Shown here in pieces: positions 1 to 8,121 of a DNA stretch of 40,130 nt. How positions within the stretch are numbered: the first letter of the stretch is position 1; each line of letters begins with the position of its first letter. Origin of the DNA: Candidatus Scatovivens sp. Lineage in GTDB: Bacteria; Bacillota; Clostridia; TANB77; CAG-508. Location of the stretch: the NCBI GenBank assembly GCA_045646345.1, contig JAZRKN010000004.1, forward strand, positions 1 through 40,130. Direction: 5' to 3'. The notes below the pieces were generated by a model. That model searched no databases and had not been told where the DNA came from. It saw nothing but the letters and a program-made list of their open reading frames with translations. The translations under genes and the position numbers were made by a program.

Positions 1-1
1 A

Positions 2-982
2 CTCCAAAAGAGCAACATACTTCTTGTAGGTCCCACAGGTTCGGGTAAAACTTTACTTGCTCAGACCCTTGCCAAAATTATAGATGTTCCCTTTGCCATA
101 GCCGATGCAACTTCGCTTACCGAGGCAGGCTATGTTGGCGAAGATGTTGAAAATATTCTTTTAAAACTTATTCAAGCGGCTGATTTTGATATAGAAAAAG
201 CTGAAAGAGGAATAATATACATAGATGAAATAGATAAAATTGCTAGAAAATCAGAAAATCCATCAATAACAAGGGATGTAAGTGGTGAAGGTGTTCAACA
301 AGCACTGTTAAAAATAGTAGAAGGAACAGTTGCTTCTGTACCACCTCAAGGTGGAAGAAAACATCCGCACCAAGAATTTATTCAAATAGATACTTCAAAC
401 ATATTATTTATATGTGGAGGAGCTTTTGAAGGATTAGAAAATATCATTAAAGATAGAGTTGGTAAAAAGTCAATTGGATTTGGTGCAGAAATTGAAAGCA
501 AAAAAGATATTAATAAGACAGAAATATTTAAACAATTATTACCACAAGACTTATTGAAATTTGGGTTAATTCCTGAATTTGTAGGTAGATTGCCAATTGT
601 TGCAACTCTTGAAGGATTAAGCAAAGAAGCTTTAATAGATATTGTAACAAAACCAAAAAATGCATTAGTAAAACAATATAAAAAATTAGTGGAATTAGAT
701 GGTGTAGAACTTGAATTTAATCAAGATGCTTTAGAAGCAATTGTAGAAAAAGCAATTGAAAGAAATACTGGAGCAAGAGGATTACGTTCTATTATTGAAG
801 AAATTATGAGAGATATCATGTATGATATTCCTTCAAACGAAAAAATAGTAAAATGTATAATAACAAAAGAAACAGTGGTAAATAAATCTAATCCAGAAAT
901 TATTATTGATGAAAATAAAAAAAGAGAATTACCAAAAACAAAAAGAAAGGTAAAAACTACAAAAAAAGAAGAAACTGCATAA
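2..982 (+). CDS. clpX: ATP-dependent Clp protease ATP-binding subunit ClpX (5' truncated by window edge)
   Basis: Frame open from base 2: [15 protein letters not shown] (Walker A), [27 protein letters not shown] (Walker B), [23 protein letters not shown] loop, TGARGLRSI. The ORF track's 554..982 is only the C-terminal part. Confidence 0.98.
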   Translation, partial: LQKSNILLVGPTGSGKTLLAQTLAKIIDVPFAIADATSLTEAGYVGEDVENILLKLIQAADFDIEKAERGIIYIDEIDKIARKSENPSITRDVSGEGVQQALLKIVEGTVASVPPQGGRKHPHQEFIQIDTSNILFICGGAFEGLENIIKDRVGKKSIGFGAEIESKKDINKTEIFKQLLPQDLLKFGLIPEFVGRLPIVATLEGLSKEALIDIVTKPKNALVKQYKKLVELDGVELEFNQDALEAIVEKAIERNTGARGLRSIIEEIMRDIMYDIPSNEKIVKCIITKETVVNKSNPEIIIDENKKRELPKTKRKVKTTKKEETA

Positions 983-988
983 ATTTAT

Positions 989-1022
989 AAAATATCCCAA
1001 GAAATATCTTGGGATATTTTTA
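989..1022 (+). terminator. Rho-independent terminator after clpX
   Basis: AAAATATCCCAAGA-aata-TCTTGGGATATTTT inverted repeat with a T tract. Confidence 0.85.
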
Positions 1023-1175
1023 TTGAACTTATTAGTATATCAATAAAGAAAAGTAATGATTGATATAAAAAAATCTAATTTTATGACAAGAAAAATACAC
1101 AAATAAGTCATAATATTTACATGAACCTTATATATAATGATAAAACATTATTTATTTAGAAGGAGCTGAAAAAAC

Positions 1176-1499
1176 TTGAAACAGTATTTTGAAAACGAAT
1201 CGGATGTATTAAATTTAGGCATCCAAGAAAACAGCGAAAGAAATCAGCAGACTATGAAATTGTTAGCTGTCCGGAGAGATAATGACGGAGAAAAGATGTT
1301 AACAGTAGAAAGTCAAACCGAGGAAAAGGTGTTATCAAGAGAAGAAATCAGAAGAATCATGGAAGAAGAAAAGAGAATGGGACTTTCTACTCGTTGTGAA
1401 TGGTGCCCTGAAAATATTTTCTGCAGTGCATATCTGCTTCATGTGAAAAAGAAACCTGATGAAATTCCTAGATGTGATGACCTTTTTAGCGGAAGATAA
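1176..1499 (+). CDS. Small hypothetical protein with a C-terminal CX2CX5CX16C motif (putative metal/Fe-S binding); paralogue of 1654..1902
   Basis: AGAAGGAG RBS before a TTG start, TATAAT at 1133-1138, C-terminus GLSTRCEWCPENIFC...PRCDDLFSGR. Confidence 0.75.
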   Translation: MKQYFENESDVLNLGIQENSERNQQTMKLLAVRRDNDGEKMLTVESQTEEKVLSREEIRRIMEEEKRMGLSTRCEWCPENIFCSAYLLHVKKKPDEIPRCDDLFSGR

Positions 1500-1507
1500 A
1501 TGATTAT

Positions 1508-1559
1508 ATGGAAGGGGAAGCACGCATATATCTAAAGCGGAAGACCCCTTCCGTTTTTT
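1508..1559 (+). terminator. Long 3' hairpin/terminator after the first Cys-motif gene
   Basis: ATGGAAGGGG (1508-17) pairs with CCCCTTCCGT (1545-54). An alternative short stem GCGGAAG/CTTCCGT is also possible. A T tract follows. Confidence 0.7.
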
Positions 1560-1653
1560 ATTTTATTGTAAAAAAACAGCTTAAAGACACAATTTGAACA
1601 CATTTGCATGGTATAATATATAAGATTTCAATTTTAGAAAGGACTGATAGAAA

Positions 1654-1902
1654 ATGAAGAAATATATCGATAAGGCCAAAATTGCTTATCGGGAATTTCG
1701 CAAAAAATGCCGCATTATGTGGTTAAACACCAAGAAATGGTGCAAAACCCAAGTTATCAAATTCGAAAGTAAGAGAGGCTTGGCACAGCGCTGTGCTTGG
1801 TGTGATGAAAGTATTTTCTGTGAAACCTTCTGTGGTACCCCGAATAAGAAACATTTCTGGGAGCGACCCAAGCGTTGCACAGATTATCACAGCACCAGAT
1901 AA
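1654..1902 (+). CDS. Small basic hypothetical protein with a CX2CX5CX3CX14C motif; paralogue of 1176..1499
   Basis: AGAAAGGA RBS, TG-G-TATAAT at 1609-1617, C-terminus GLAQRCAWCDESIFCETFC...KRCTDYHSTR. Confidence 0.75.
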   Translation: MKKYIDKAKIAYREFRKKCRIMWLNTKKWCKTQVIKFESKRGLAQRCAWCDESIFCETFCGTPNKKHFWERPKRCTDYHSTR

Positions 1903-1911
1903 TTTTGGCAT

Positions 1912-1966
1912 AAACGACGAGGATTTCTTGCATATGATAAAGCAAGCTCCTCGTCGTTTCCTTTTT
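1912..1966 (+). terminator. Long 3' hairpin/terminator after the second Cys-motif gene
   Basis: 12-bp outer stem AAACGACGAGGA/TCCTCGTCGTTT, inner stem CTTGC/GCAAG, T-rich tail. Confidence 0.7.
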
Positions 1967-1996
1967 ATATAAAATAAAAACTCCGTAAATCGGAGT

Positions 1997-2890
1997 TTAA
2001 TTATTTACAATTAGATTAGCCATATCATCAGGTAAAGGAACTTCTAATTTTAAAAATTCTTTTGTTATGGGATGCATAAAAGATACCTTATATGCGTGCA
2101 AGGATTGCCTAGAAATTAATTTTGATGGTGAACCATATAAAGAGTCACCTAAAATGGAATGGCCTATAAATTTTGAATGTAATCGAATTTGATGAGTTCT
2201 TCCTGTTTCCAAAACAAATCTGACTAAAGATAATTTTTCTTTATATTTTTCAAATGTTTTTATTAATTCAAAATGAGTGATTGCTTTTTCACCATTTTGG
2301 TTTATTTCTCTTTCAATAATTGAATTTTCTTTTCTAGAAATAGGTGCTTCTATTGTACCAAAAGATTTATCTAAATATTCTGTTAAAATTGCTAGATATT
2401 CTTTTTTGAAGGTATTATTTTTCATTTGTCTTACTAATGATTCTTGAACATATTCATTTTTTGCAAATATAACAATACCGGATGTATCTTTGTCTAGTCT
2501 ATTAACAGGTCTTATTTTTCTTTTTAAACCAATCTTATCGAAATAAAATCTAACACCATTAGATAAACTATCTTCAAAATGTAAAATCGAAGGGTGAACT
2601 GGCATATTAGGAGCTTTGTTTATAATTAAAAGAGCATCGTCTTCAAAAATTATATGTAAATCCATTTCTTTAGGAGTGATATTTTCAGATTCCTCCTCAA
2701 AATCTAAATCAACACTAATAACATCATTTAAAGAAATCGGATGATGTACATAAGTAGAAACATCATTTAGATAAATTTGGTTTGATTTTTTTAATTTTGT
2801 TAAAAGTCTATCTGAAATGCAAAAATAATCTCTTAATACTTCTTTAATATTAGAATATTTAATTTCACAAACTTGATATTTTAATTCCAT
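1997..2890 (-). CDS. RluA/RluD-family pseudouridine synthase
   Basis: Motifs INKAPNMPVHPS, VNRLDKDTSG (catalytic Asp), LETGRTHQIRLH, ILGDSLYG, LHAYKVSFMHP. Confidence 0.95.
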   Translation of the reverse strand: MELKYQVCEIKYSNIKEVLRDYFCISDRLLTKLKKSNQIYLNDVSTYVHHPISLNDVISVDLDFEEESENITPKEMDLHIIFEDDALLIINKAPNMPVHPSILHFEDSLSNGVRFYFDKIGLKRKIRPVNRLDKDTSGIVIFAKNEYVQESLVRQMKNNTFKKEYLAILTEYLDKSFGTIEAPISRKENSIIEREINQNGEKAITHFELIKTFEKYKEKLSLVRFVLETGRTHQIRLHSKFIGHSILGDSLYGSPSKLISRQSLHAYKVSFMHPITKEFLKLEVPLPDDMANLIVNN

Positions 2891-2974
2891 AAATTCCTCA
2901 AAATATTTTAAATATTAACATTGTAATTTTAACATAAAAACCTAGATAATACAATACTTTGAAGAAACAGCAAG

Positions 2975-3003
2975 TTGACATAAAAGTTAAATAATGCTAT
3001 AAT
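2975..3003 (+). promoter_or_regulatory. Consensus sigmaA promoter (extended -10) for 3097..3678
   Basis: TTGACA (2975-80), 17-nt spacer containing TG, TATAAT (2998-3003). Confidence 0.8.
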
Positions 3004-3096
3004 ATTATCATTAATGCAATTCCATCCTTTTGGATGTTTTTTATAAAGAACTCGTAAACCATATGATCAATCGCGAATGCGGGGAGGATTAACAGG

Positions 3097-3678
3097 ATGA
3101 ATGGTGAGTTTGTTCGAGAGATTCTATGGAGTCTTTTTTGGCCGCCGAAAGGAATTATCTACTTTGAAACACAGGTGCTAATGTGGATTTACACCCTTAT
3201 CAAAGTTTGGCTGATTCATAATGGCTACATTTTGCTGATTGCAGCAGCAATTATTTTTGCAATTAGCTGTGCCGTTTTTGGTAATACAAGAGTAAGAATA
3301 CCGCGAATGATGTTCCACAGAGTATGGAATTCTTTTCTTCGTGTATTAACCAACATTGTTTTTGCATGGTTTTTCCTTGTATATGGAGCTACTTGTGGTG
3401 AAGTGAGAGGAAACAATGGTGAGAACAATGCGACAATTTCATATTCCAGAAGAGTACATACTGGTCCGATTTGGAATGTAGTGCATAATTTTTCAAGATT
3501 ATCTCTTCATTTCCATTTAGGCCGTGGAATCTTTAGACTCTTCTATTGGGTACTTGGTTTTATTCCGGGATTCAGAAATGGATTGGAAGAAAGAACCAGA
3601 AGAACCATAGCAAGAGTCTTGGCGATGGTGGTAATATTCTGGGGAGTCTGGATGATTCCTTATGATTTAACCCACTAA
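3097..3678 (+). CDS. Hypothetical membrane protein (Trp/Arg-rich, GC-richer codon usage)
   Basis: GGAGG RBS, several hydrophobic segments, own promoter and terminator. No family recognised. Confidence 0.75.
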   Translation: MNGEFVREILWSLFWPPKGIIYFETQVLMWIYTLIKVWLIHNGYILLIAAAIIFAISCAVFGNTRVRIPRMMFHRVWNSFLRVLTNIVFAWFFLVYGATCGEVRGNNGENNATISYSRRVHTGPIWNVVHNFSRLSLHFHLGRGIFRLFYWVLGFIPGFRNGLEERTRRTIARVLAMVVIFWGVWMIPYDLTH

Positions 3679-3686
3679 GCGCATTT

Positions 3687-3719
3687 GGTCTGACAACAGC
3701 TAATGTTGTCAGGCTTTTT
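3687..3719 (+). terminator. Rho-independent terminator
   Basis: GGTCTGACAACA-gctaa-TGTTGTCAGGCT followed by TTTT. Confidence 0.8.
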
Positions 3720-3810
3720 GCATTTTATAAATAAAAAATAAATATTTTTAATATATATTTCTTTGAAAAAGAATTTATGATACAATGCGATTAAGTTAGG
3801 AGGTATGTAT

Positions 3811-4347
3811 ATGGAAATATTAGATGTATACGATAAATATAGAAATCTAACTGGAAAAAGAATCTTAAAAAATCAATATTCTGAATTAAAAAAGAATGAA
3901 TACACATTACTTGCATATGTTGCAATATTTAATTCAGAAAATGAAATGTTGATTCAAAAAAGACAAACTCAACTTGAAAGACATCCAAATCTTTGGGATA
4001 TTTCTGCAAGTGGACATGTACTTTATAACGAATCTAGTGATGAGGCAATAGAAAGAAAATTACTTGAAGAGCTAGGACATCCACATAACTTTTTAGAAGA
4101 CAGAGCTTATTTGACTATAAATTACGATAAAAGCTATTGTGATGTTTTTATAATAAATGATGATATAGATATAAATAATTTAAGATTGAATTATGAAAAA
4201 GTTCAAAATGTAACTTGGGCTACAAAAGATGAAATATTGCAATTAATTGACGAGAAAAAATTTATTCCATATGATAATAGTTTTATAGAACTATTATTTT
4301 TTAATAAAGATAAAAGGGGAGTACTAAAAGGAGAAATAGATGGATAG
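3811..4347 (+). CDS. NUDIX hydrolase (Idi/YfcD-like) with a variant Nudix box
   Basis: LIQKR..K/R..P.LWD.S.SGH signature; box reads GHVLYNESSDEAIERKLLEELG. Start moved to ATG 3811, which lies 7 nt after AGGAGG. Confidence 0.85.
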   Translation: MEILDVYDKYRNLTGKRILKNQYSELKKNEYTLLAYVAIFNSENEMLIQKRQTQLERHPNLWDISASGHVLYNESSDEAIERKLLEELGHPHNFLEDRAYLTINYDKSYCDVFIINDDIDINNLRLNYEKVQNVTWATKDEILQLIDEKKFIPYDNSFIELLFFNKDKRGVLKGEIDG

Positions 4348-5608
4348 CAAGACAAAAAACGTAAAACTATTTCCAAAGTATAGACAAATATCAAGAGATT
4401 TTTTATTTTTCTATACAATAAATATATTATTTTTAACACAGGTGAAACATGTTTCGGCAGCAGATATTGTACTAATAGATACTTTTTACGCATTATTTGT
4501 TGTTATAGCTCAAGTGCCAGCATCGTTTATTGTAGATAAAATAGGTAGACGAAATGGCATGATTCTTGGTAATATATTAAATTGCATTTATTTAATTTTA
4601 ATAATAACGAGTAAAAATCTATTATCACTTATATTAGCTGAGATAACATCTTCTATTGGATTTTCATTAAAAGATATAGCGGAACCAGCAATTTTAAATG
4701 AATCAATTGATTTACAAAAAGAAGAGAAAGGTAAGAAATTTGCAAAAATTCAAGCAAAAGCAATTTCTGGGTATTATTTTCTGTCGGCTATTTCAATTGC
4801 AATTTCAGGATTTTTGTTTGAAATGAATCCATATATTCCAATGTTTCTTTCGTTATTGATTACAATTATTTCTTTAATAATATCTACTAGATTTACAGAA
4901 CCAAATTTATCGAAAAAGATTAATAAAAAATCTCATGTAATGAAAGAAGTAACATTAAAAGATTCAATAAAATTTTCTTTCAAATCAAAAAGATGTAGGT
5001 GTTTATTATTATTTTCAGCTGTATTTTTTGCAATAGTTACAGTACTTGCAACTTACGAAATAGCATTAATCGAAGATTTGGAAATAGAATCAAAATATAT
5101 AGGTATAATGTTTGCTATTCTTAATATTGTCTCAGCATTGGCCTCAAGAAAGCAAAATATTTTTCAAAAACAATTAAAAAATAGAACTTTAACTTTTTTA
5201 GGGTATGCAATTGTAATATCATGTATTGTAGCTGGAGCTACAGCTATATTTGCATCTATTAATATTCTTGTGGTAATGGCAATAATAGTAGTGATGTATA
5301 GCGTTAAATATATAGCTGTAGGATTATATAATGTTTTAATTATTAAATATCTAAGTAATTTTACGAATTCGCAGATTGATACAAAGATATTCGCAATAAA
5401 TAATTTTGTATCTTCAATTACGGCTGTGTTTTTGGGAATAGCGGCATCAAGACTAATAGAAATTTTACCAATGCCAATTGCAATGATTTCTTTTGGAATG
5501 ATATCTTTTATAATAATGAGTATATTACTTATATACATGAAAAATAAAGTGGGATTAGAACCTAGAATGTATTCAGAATTAGAATTAAAATATGATAATA
5601 AAAATTAA
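4340..5608 (+). CDS. Major facilitator superfamily transporter
   Basis: About 12 hydrophobic helices; MFS motif A-like VPASFIVDKIGRR; overlaps the NUDIX stop codon. Confidence 0.88.
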   Translation: MDSKTKNVKLFPKYRQISRDFLFFYTINILFLTQVKHVSAADIVLIDTFYALFVVIAQVPASFIVDKIGRRNGMILGNILNCIYLILIITSKNLLSLILAEITSSIGFSLKDIAEPAILNESIDLQKEEKGKKFAKIQAKAISGYYFLSAISIAISGFLFEMNPYIPMFLSLLITIISLIISTRFTEPNLSKKINKKSHVMKEVTLKDSIKFSFKSKRCRCLLLFSAVFFAIVTVLATYEIALIEDLEIESKYIGIMFAILNIVSALASRKQNIFQKQLKNRTLTFLGYAIVISCIVAGATAIFASINILVVMAIIVVMYSVKYIAVGLYNVLIIKYLSNFTNSQIDTKIFAINNFVSSITAVFLGIAASRLIEILPMPIAMISFGMISFIIMSILLIYMKNKVGLEPRMYSELELKYDNKN

Positions 5609-5727
5609 ATTAAAAGGTATGAATTTTATAAAAATAAGATTCATGCTTTTTTCTTATTTTTCCTTGAAAAATGAGGAAAAAAGAGATATAATCAAAAAGT
5701 CTTAGAAGATATACAAAGGAGAGTAAT

Positions 5728-6480
5728 ATGATAGATTTACAAAAAGCACAAAAGGCTTTTATAGAATATACAAATAATTATGATTTAAACGATTCTAATA
5801 TAACTAGAAAAATATCTCATTCAATTAGAGTGATGGAATATAGTAAAAGAATTGCAGAAAATATAAATTTAACTAAAGAACAAGTGGATTTGGCAACTTT
5901 AATAGGTCTATTGCATGATATTGCTAGATTTGAGCAATGGAAAAGATACGGTACATATAGTGACTCAAATAGTATTGATCATGGTGATTTTGCTCTAGAA
6001 TTGTTGAAAGAAAATGATTTTATTAGAAATTTTATCGATACTAATATTTATGACGATATTATATTTACAGCTATAAAAAACCACAATAAATATAAGATTG
6101 AAGAATTAGATGGAGAAATGTTATTGCAAGCTCAAATTGTAAAAGATGCTGATAAATTAGACATCTTTTTTCAAATAGCTACTCAATATTTTAAAGATCC
6201 AAGAGTAACAGAACTTCAAGATATATCTGATGATTTCTATGAAGAATTTCAAACAGGACAATGCGTTCATAAAAAAGCAAATCCAACAGAGATAGATGAA
6301 TTGATTTTAATTATATCTTTTATTTATGATATATATTTTGACTATTCATTTAAAATAATATATGATGAACACTATATTGAAAGAATATTCGAACAATTTG
6401 ATTTTAAAAAAACAGACGTAAAAGAAAAAATTAAAAAAATTATAGAACAAGCAAACAATTATATAACAAGTAAAATGTAA
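5728..6480 (+). CDS. HD-domain phosphohydrolase
   Basis: KISHSIRV, LLHDIARFEQ, DHG, IKNHN, VKDADKLD. Confidence 0.9.
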   Translation: MIDLQKAQKAFIEYTNNYDLNDSNITRKISHSIRVMEYSKRIAENINLTKEQVDLATLIGLLHDIARFEQWKRYGTYSDSNSIDHGDFALELLKENDFIRNFIDTNIYDDIIFTAIKNHNKYKIEELDGEMLLQAQIVKDADKLDIFFQIATQYFKDPRVTELQDISDDFYEEFQTGQCVHKKANPTEIDELILIISFIYDIYFDYSFKIIYDEHYIERIFEQFDFKKTDVKEKIKKIIEQANNYITSKM

Positions 6481-6527
6481 GAACTAAAGAAGAATCGAGG
6501 TAAGAAAAAAGTAATAGGAAAAGGTGA

Positions 6528-6785
6528 TTGCGCGTGGAGAAAAAATATAAAGAACCAATTGAATCAGAGATGGAAACAACTGTAAATGTTTTATATGGAG
6601 AAAATTGTCTATCTTTATATACAAATAAACCTGATGTTCAAAAAAAATTAAATAAAATAATCGGAGAACCAGAAAAAGAGTATTTAAAAGGAAAATCTAT
6701 TACAGGAAGTTCTTGGAAAATTTCTTTAGATGATAAAGCTAAAATTTCAAAATTAATTTTAAAAGTAAATATTTTTGAAATTTAA
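6528..6785 (+). CDS. Hypothetical protein
   Basis: 85-aa ORF with host-like codon usage and a purine-rich RBS, co-oriented with its neighbours. Confidence 0.65.
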   Translation: MRVEKKYKEPIESEMETTVNVLYGENCLSLYTNKPDVQKKLNKIIGEPEKEYLKGKSITGSSWKISLDDKAKISKLILKVNIFEI

Positions 6786-6811
6786 TTTATATGATAGGAG
6801 AATAGTGTAAA

Positions 6812-7225
6812 GTGATATATGAACGAAGAATAAATTATTATGAGACTGATGCAATGCAAATTGTGCATCACTCAAATTATATTAGATTTATGGAAGAAGC
6901 TAGAACCAAGACTTTAGCGGATATAGGATTACCGTATAGTAAAATTGAAGAAGAAGGAATTTTGATTCCGGTTTTATCTGTTAATTGTCAGTACAAACAT
7001 CCATCAAGATATGATGACGTTATTTTGATTGACGTTAAAGTGAAAGAATATAATGGTGTAAAATTAGTAATGGGATATGAAATAACAAACAAAAAAACTG
7101 GAGAATTAATATTAATTGGAGAAACTAAACATTGTTTTACAGAACAAGAATTAAGACCTGTATCTCTAAAAAAAGCAAGACCTCAAATGCATGAAAAAAT
7201 GAATGAATTATTAAAAATAAAATAA
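6812..7225 (+). CDS. Acyl-CoA thioesterase, 4HBT/YbgC family
   Basis: Hot-dog fold signature YYETDAMQIVHHSNYIRFMEEAR; YKHPSRYDD. Confidence 0.92.
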   Translation: MIYERRINYYETDAMQIVHHSNYIRFMEEARTKTLADIGLPYSKIEEEGILIPVLSVNCQYKHPSRYDDVILIDVKVKEYNGVKLVMGYEITNKKTGELILIGETKHCFTEQELRPVSLKKARPQMHEKMNELLKIK

Positions 7226-7255
7226 AAGGTACCTGCTAATGAGCAGGTACCTTTT
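7224..7255. terminator. Bidirectional terminator
   Basis: Perfect 14-bp stem AAAAGGTACCTGCT-aatg-AGCAGGTACCTTTT. Confidence 0.85.
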
Positions 7256-7263
7256 CTGACTTT

Positions 7264-7392
7264 TTAGATATCATAGCGAGATCTAATTGCTTTTGCCAGA
7301 AATCCATTCGTATCTCGGTACTTCTGAGCAAGATCATAAAAATCTTTGCAGCAGAAACCAGTGAAACTCTTATAGTGATGCTCGAACCATAA
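7264..7392 (-). pseudogene. Possible 3' remnant of a GC-richer gene (no start codon)
   Basis: Minus frame reads LWFEHHYKSFTGFCCKDFYDLAQKYRDTNGFLAKAIRSRYDI* and ends just before the 7224-7255 hairpin. The frame hits an upstream stop with no start codon. Confidence 0.35.
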
Positions 7393-7460
7393 ATTAGAAA
7401 AAAAGTTAAATTATGTAAATAGATGCTTGGTGTAAAATATTTTTGTAAAGAAGGAATAAA

Positions 7461-8024
7461 ATGAAACAAAAATTAGAGAAATTATATAATGAATGTATTC
7501 AAGAATTAAAATCAATAAATATTATTGATTTTAATGAAATTGGTGAAATAAATATAGAGTTTTCTAAAAGAAAAACAAAAAGATATGGTTGCTGTAAACA
7601 AGAATTGCCAGATAAAGCTACTGCATATAGAAAAAATAGAATTATTCATTATAGGAAATATAAAAAACACAATATAGAAATTAGTAAATGGCTAATGGAA
7701 TTGAATGATGATATTATAAAAAATACTATTATGCATGAAATAATTCATTGTTTTCCAGACTGTAATAATCATGGAAAAAATTTTAAAATGTATGCTAAAA
7801 TCATAAACGAAAAATTAGGTTATGATATTTCAAGAGTTGGAAATAAAGAAGAAGATTATAAAAAAAGCAATTTAGAATATAAAGATGAAACTTTAAAAAC
7901 TAGATATAAAATAGTTTGCAAAGATTGTGGTTTGATATATTATAGGCAAAGATTATCAAAGAATTTTGAGAAAAAATACAGATGTGGAAAATGCAAAGGG
8001 AAATTAATGATTTTTAATGGGTAA
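7461..8024 (+). CDS. SprT-like zinc metalloprotease with a C-terminal zinc ribbon
   Basis: TIMHEIIH (HExxH), NHGKNFK, CKDC...CGKC. Confidence 0.9.
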   Translation: MKQKLEKLYNECIQELKSINIIDFNEIGEINIEFSKRKTKRYGCCKQELPDKATAYRKNRIIHYRKYKKHNIEISKWLMELNDDIIKNTIMHEIIHCFPDCNNHGKNFKMYAKIINEKLGYDISRVGNKEEDYKKSNLEYKDETLKTRYKIVCKDCGLIYYRQRLSKNFEKKYRCGKCKGKLMIFNG

Positions 8025-8121
8025 ATTAATGCAAAAAGGTTGAAAGAAATCGAGTTAAAGTATATAATGTTTTGTGAAATATTAGATTAAAATAAAATTT
8101 AAGGAGGCGTAATTTTAAAAA

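Noticed and set aside
1335-1945. Several minus-strand 62-64 aa ORFs over the Cys-motif genes
   Set aside because: They have no RBS, and the paralogy signal is in the plus-strand frames.
1508-1959. 3' hairpins as integron attC sites
   Set aside because: Only the second has AAC...GTT ends, neither fits RYYYAAC/GTTRRRY, and the genes carry their own promoters.
7236-7469. 77-aa minus-strand ORF from the track
   Set aside because: It overlaps the sprT start, runs into the terminator stem and has no RBS. A different minus frame looks more protein-like.
8030-8110. Zur box upstream of the COG0523 GTPase
   Set aside because: AAATCG is present, but there is no palindromic AAATCGTAAT-N-ATTACGATTT match.
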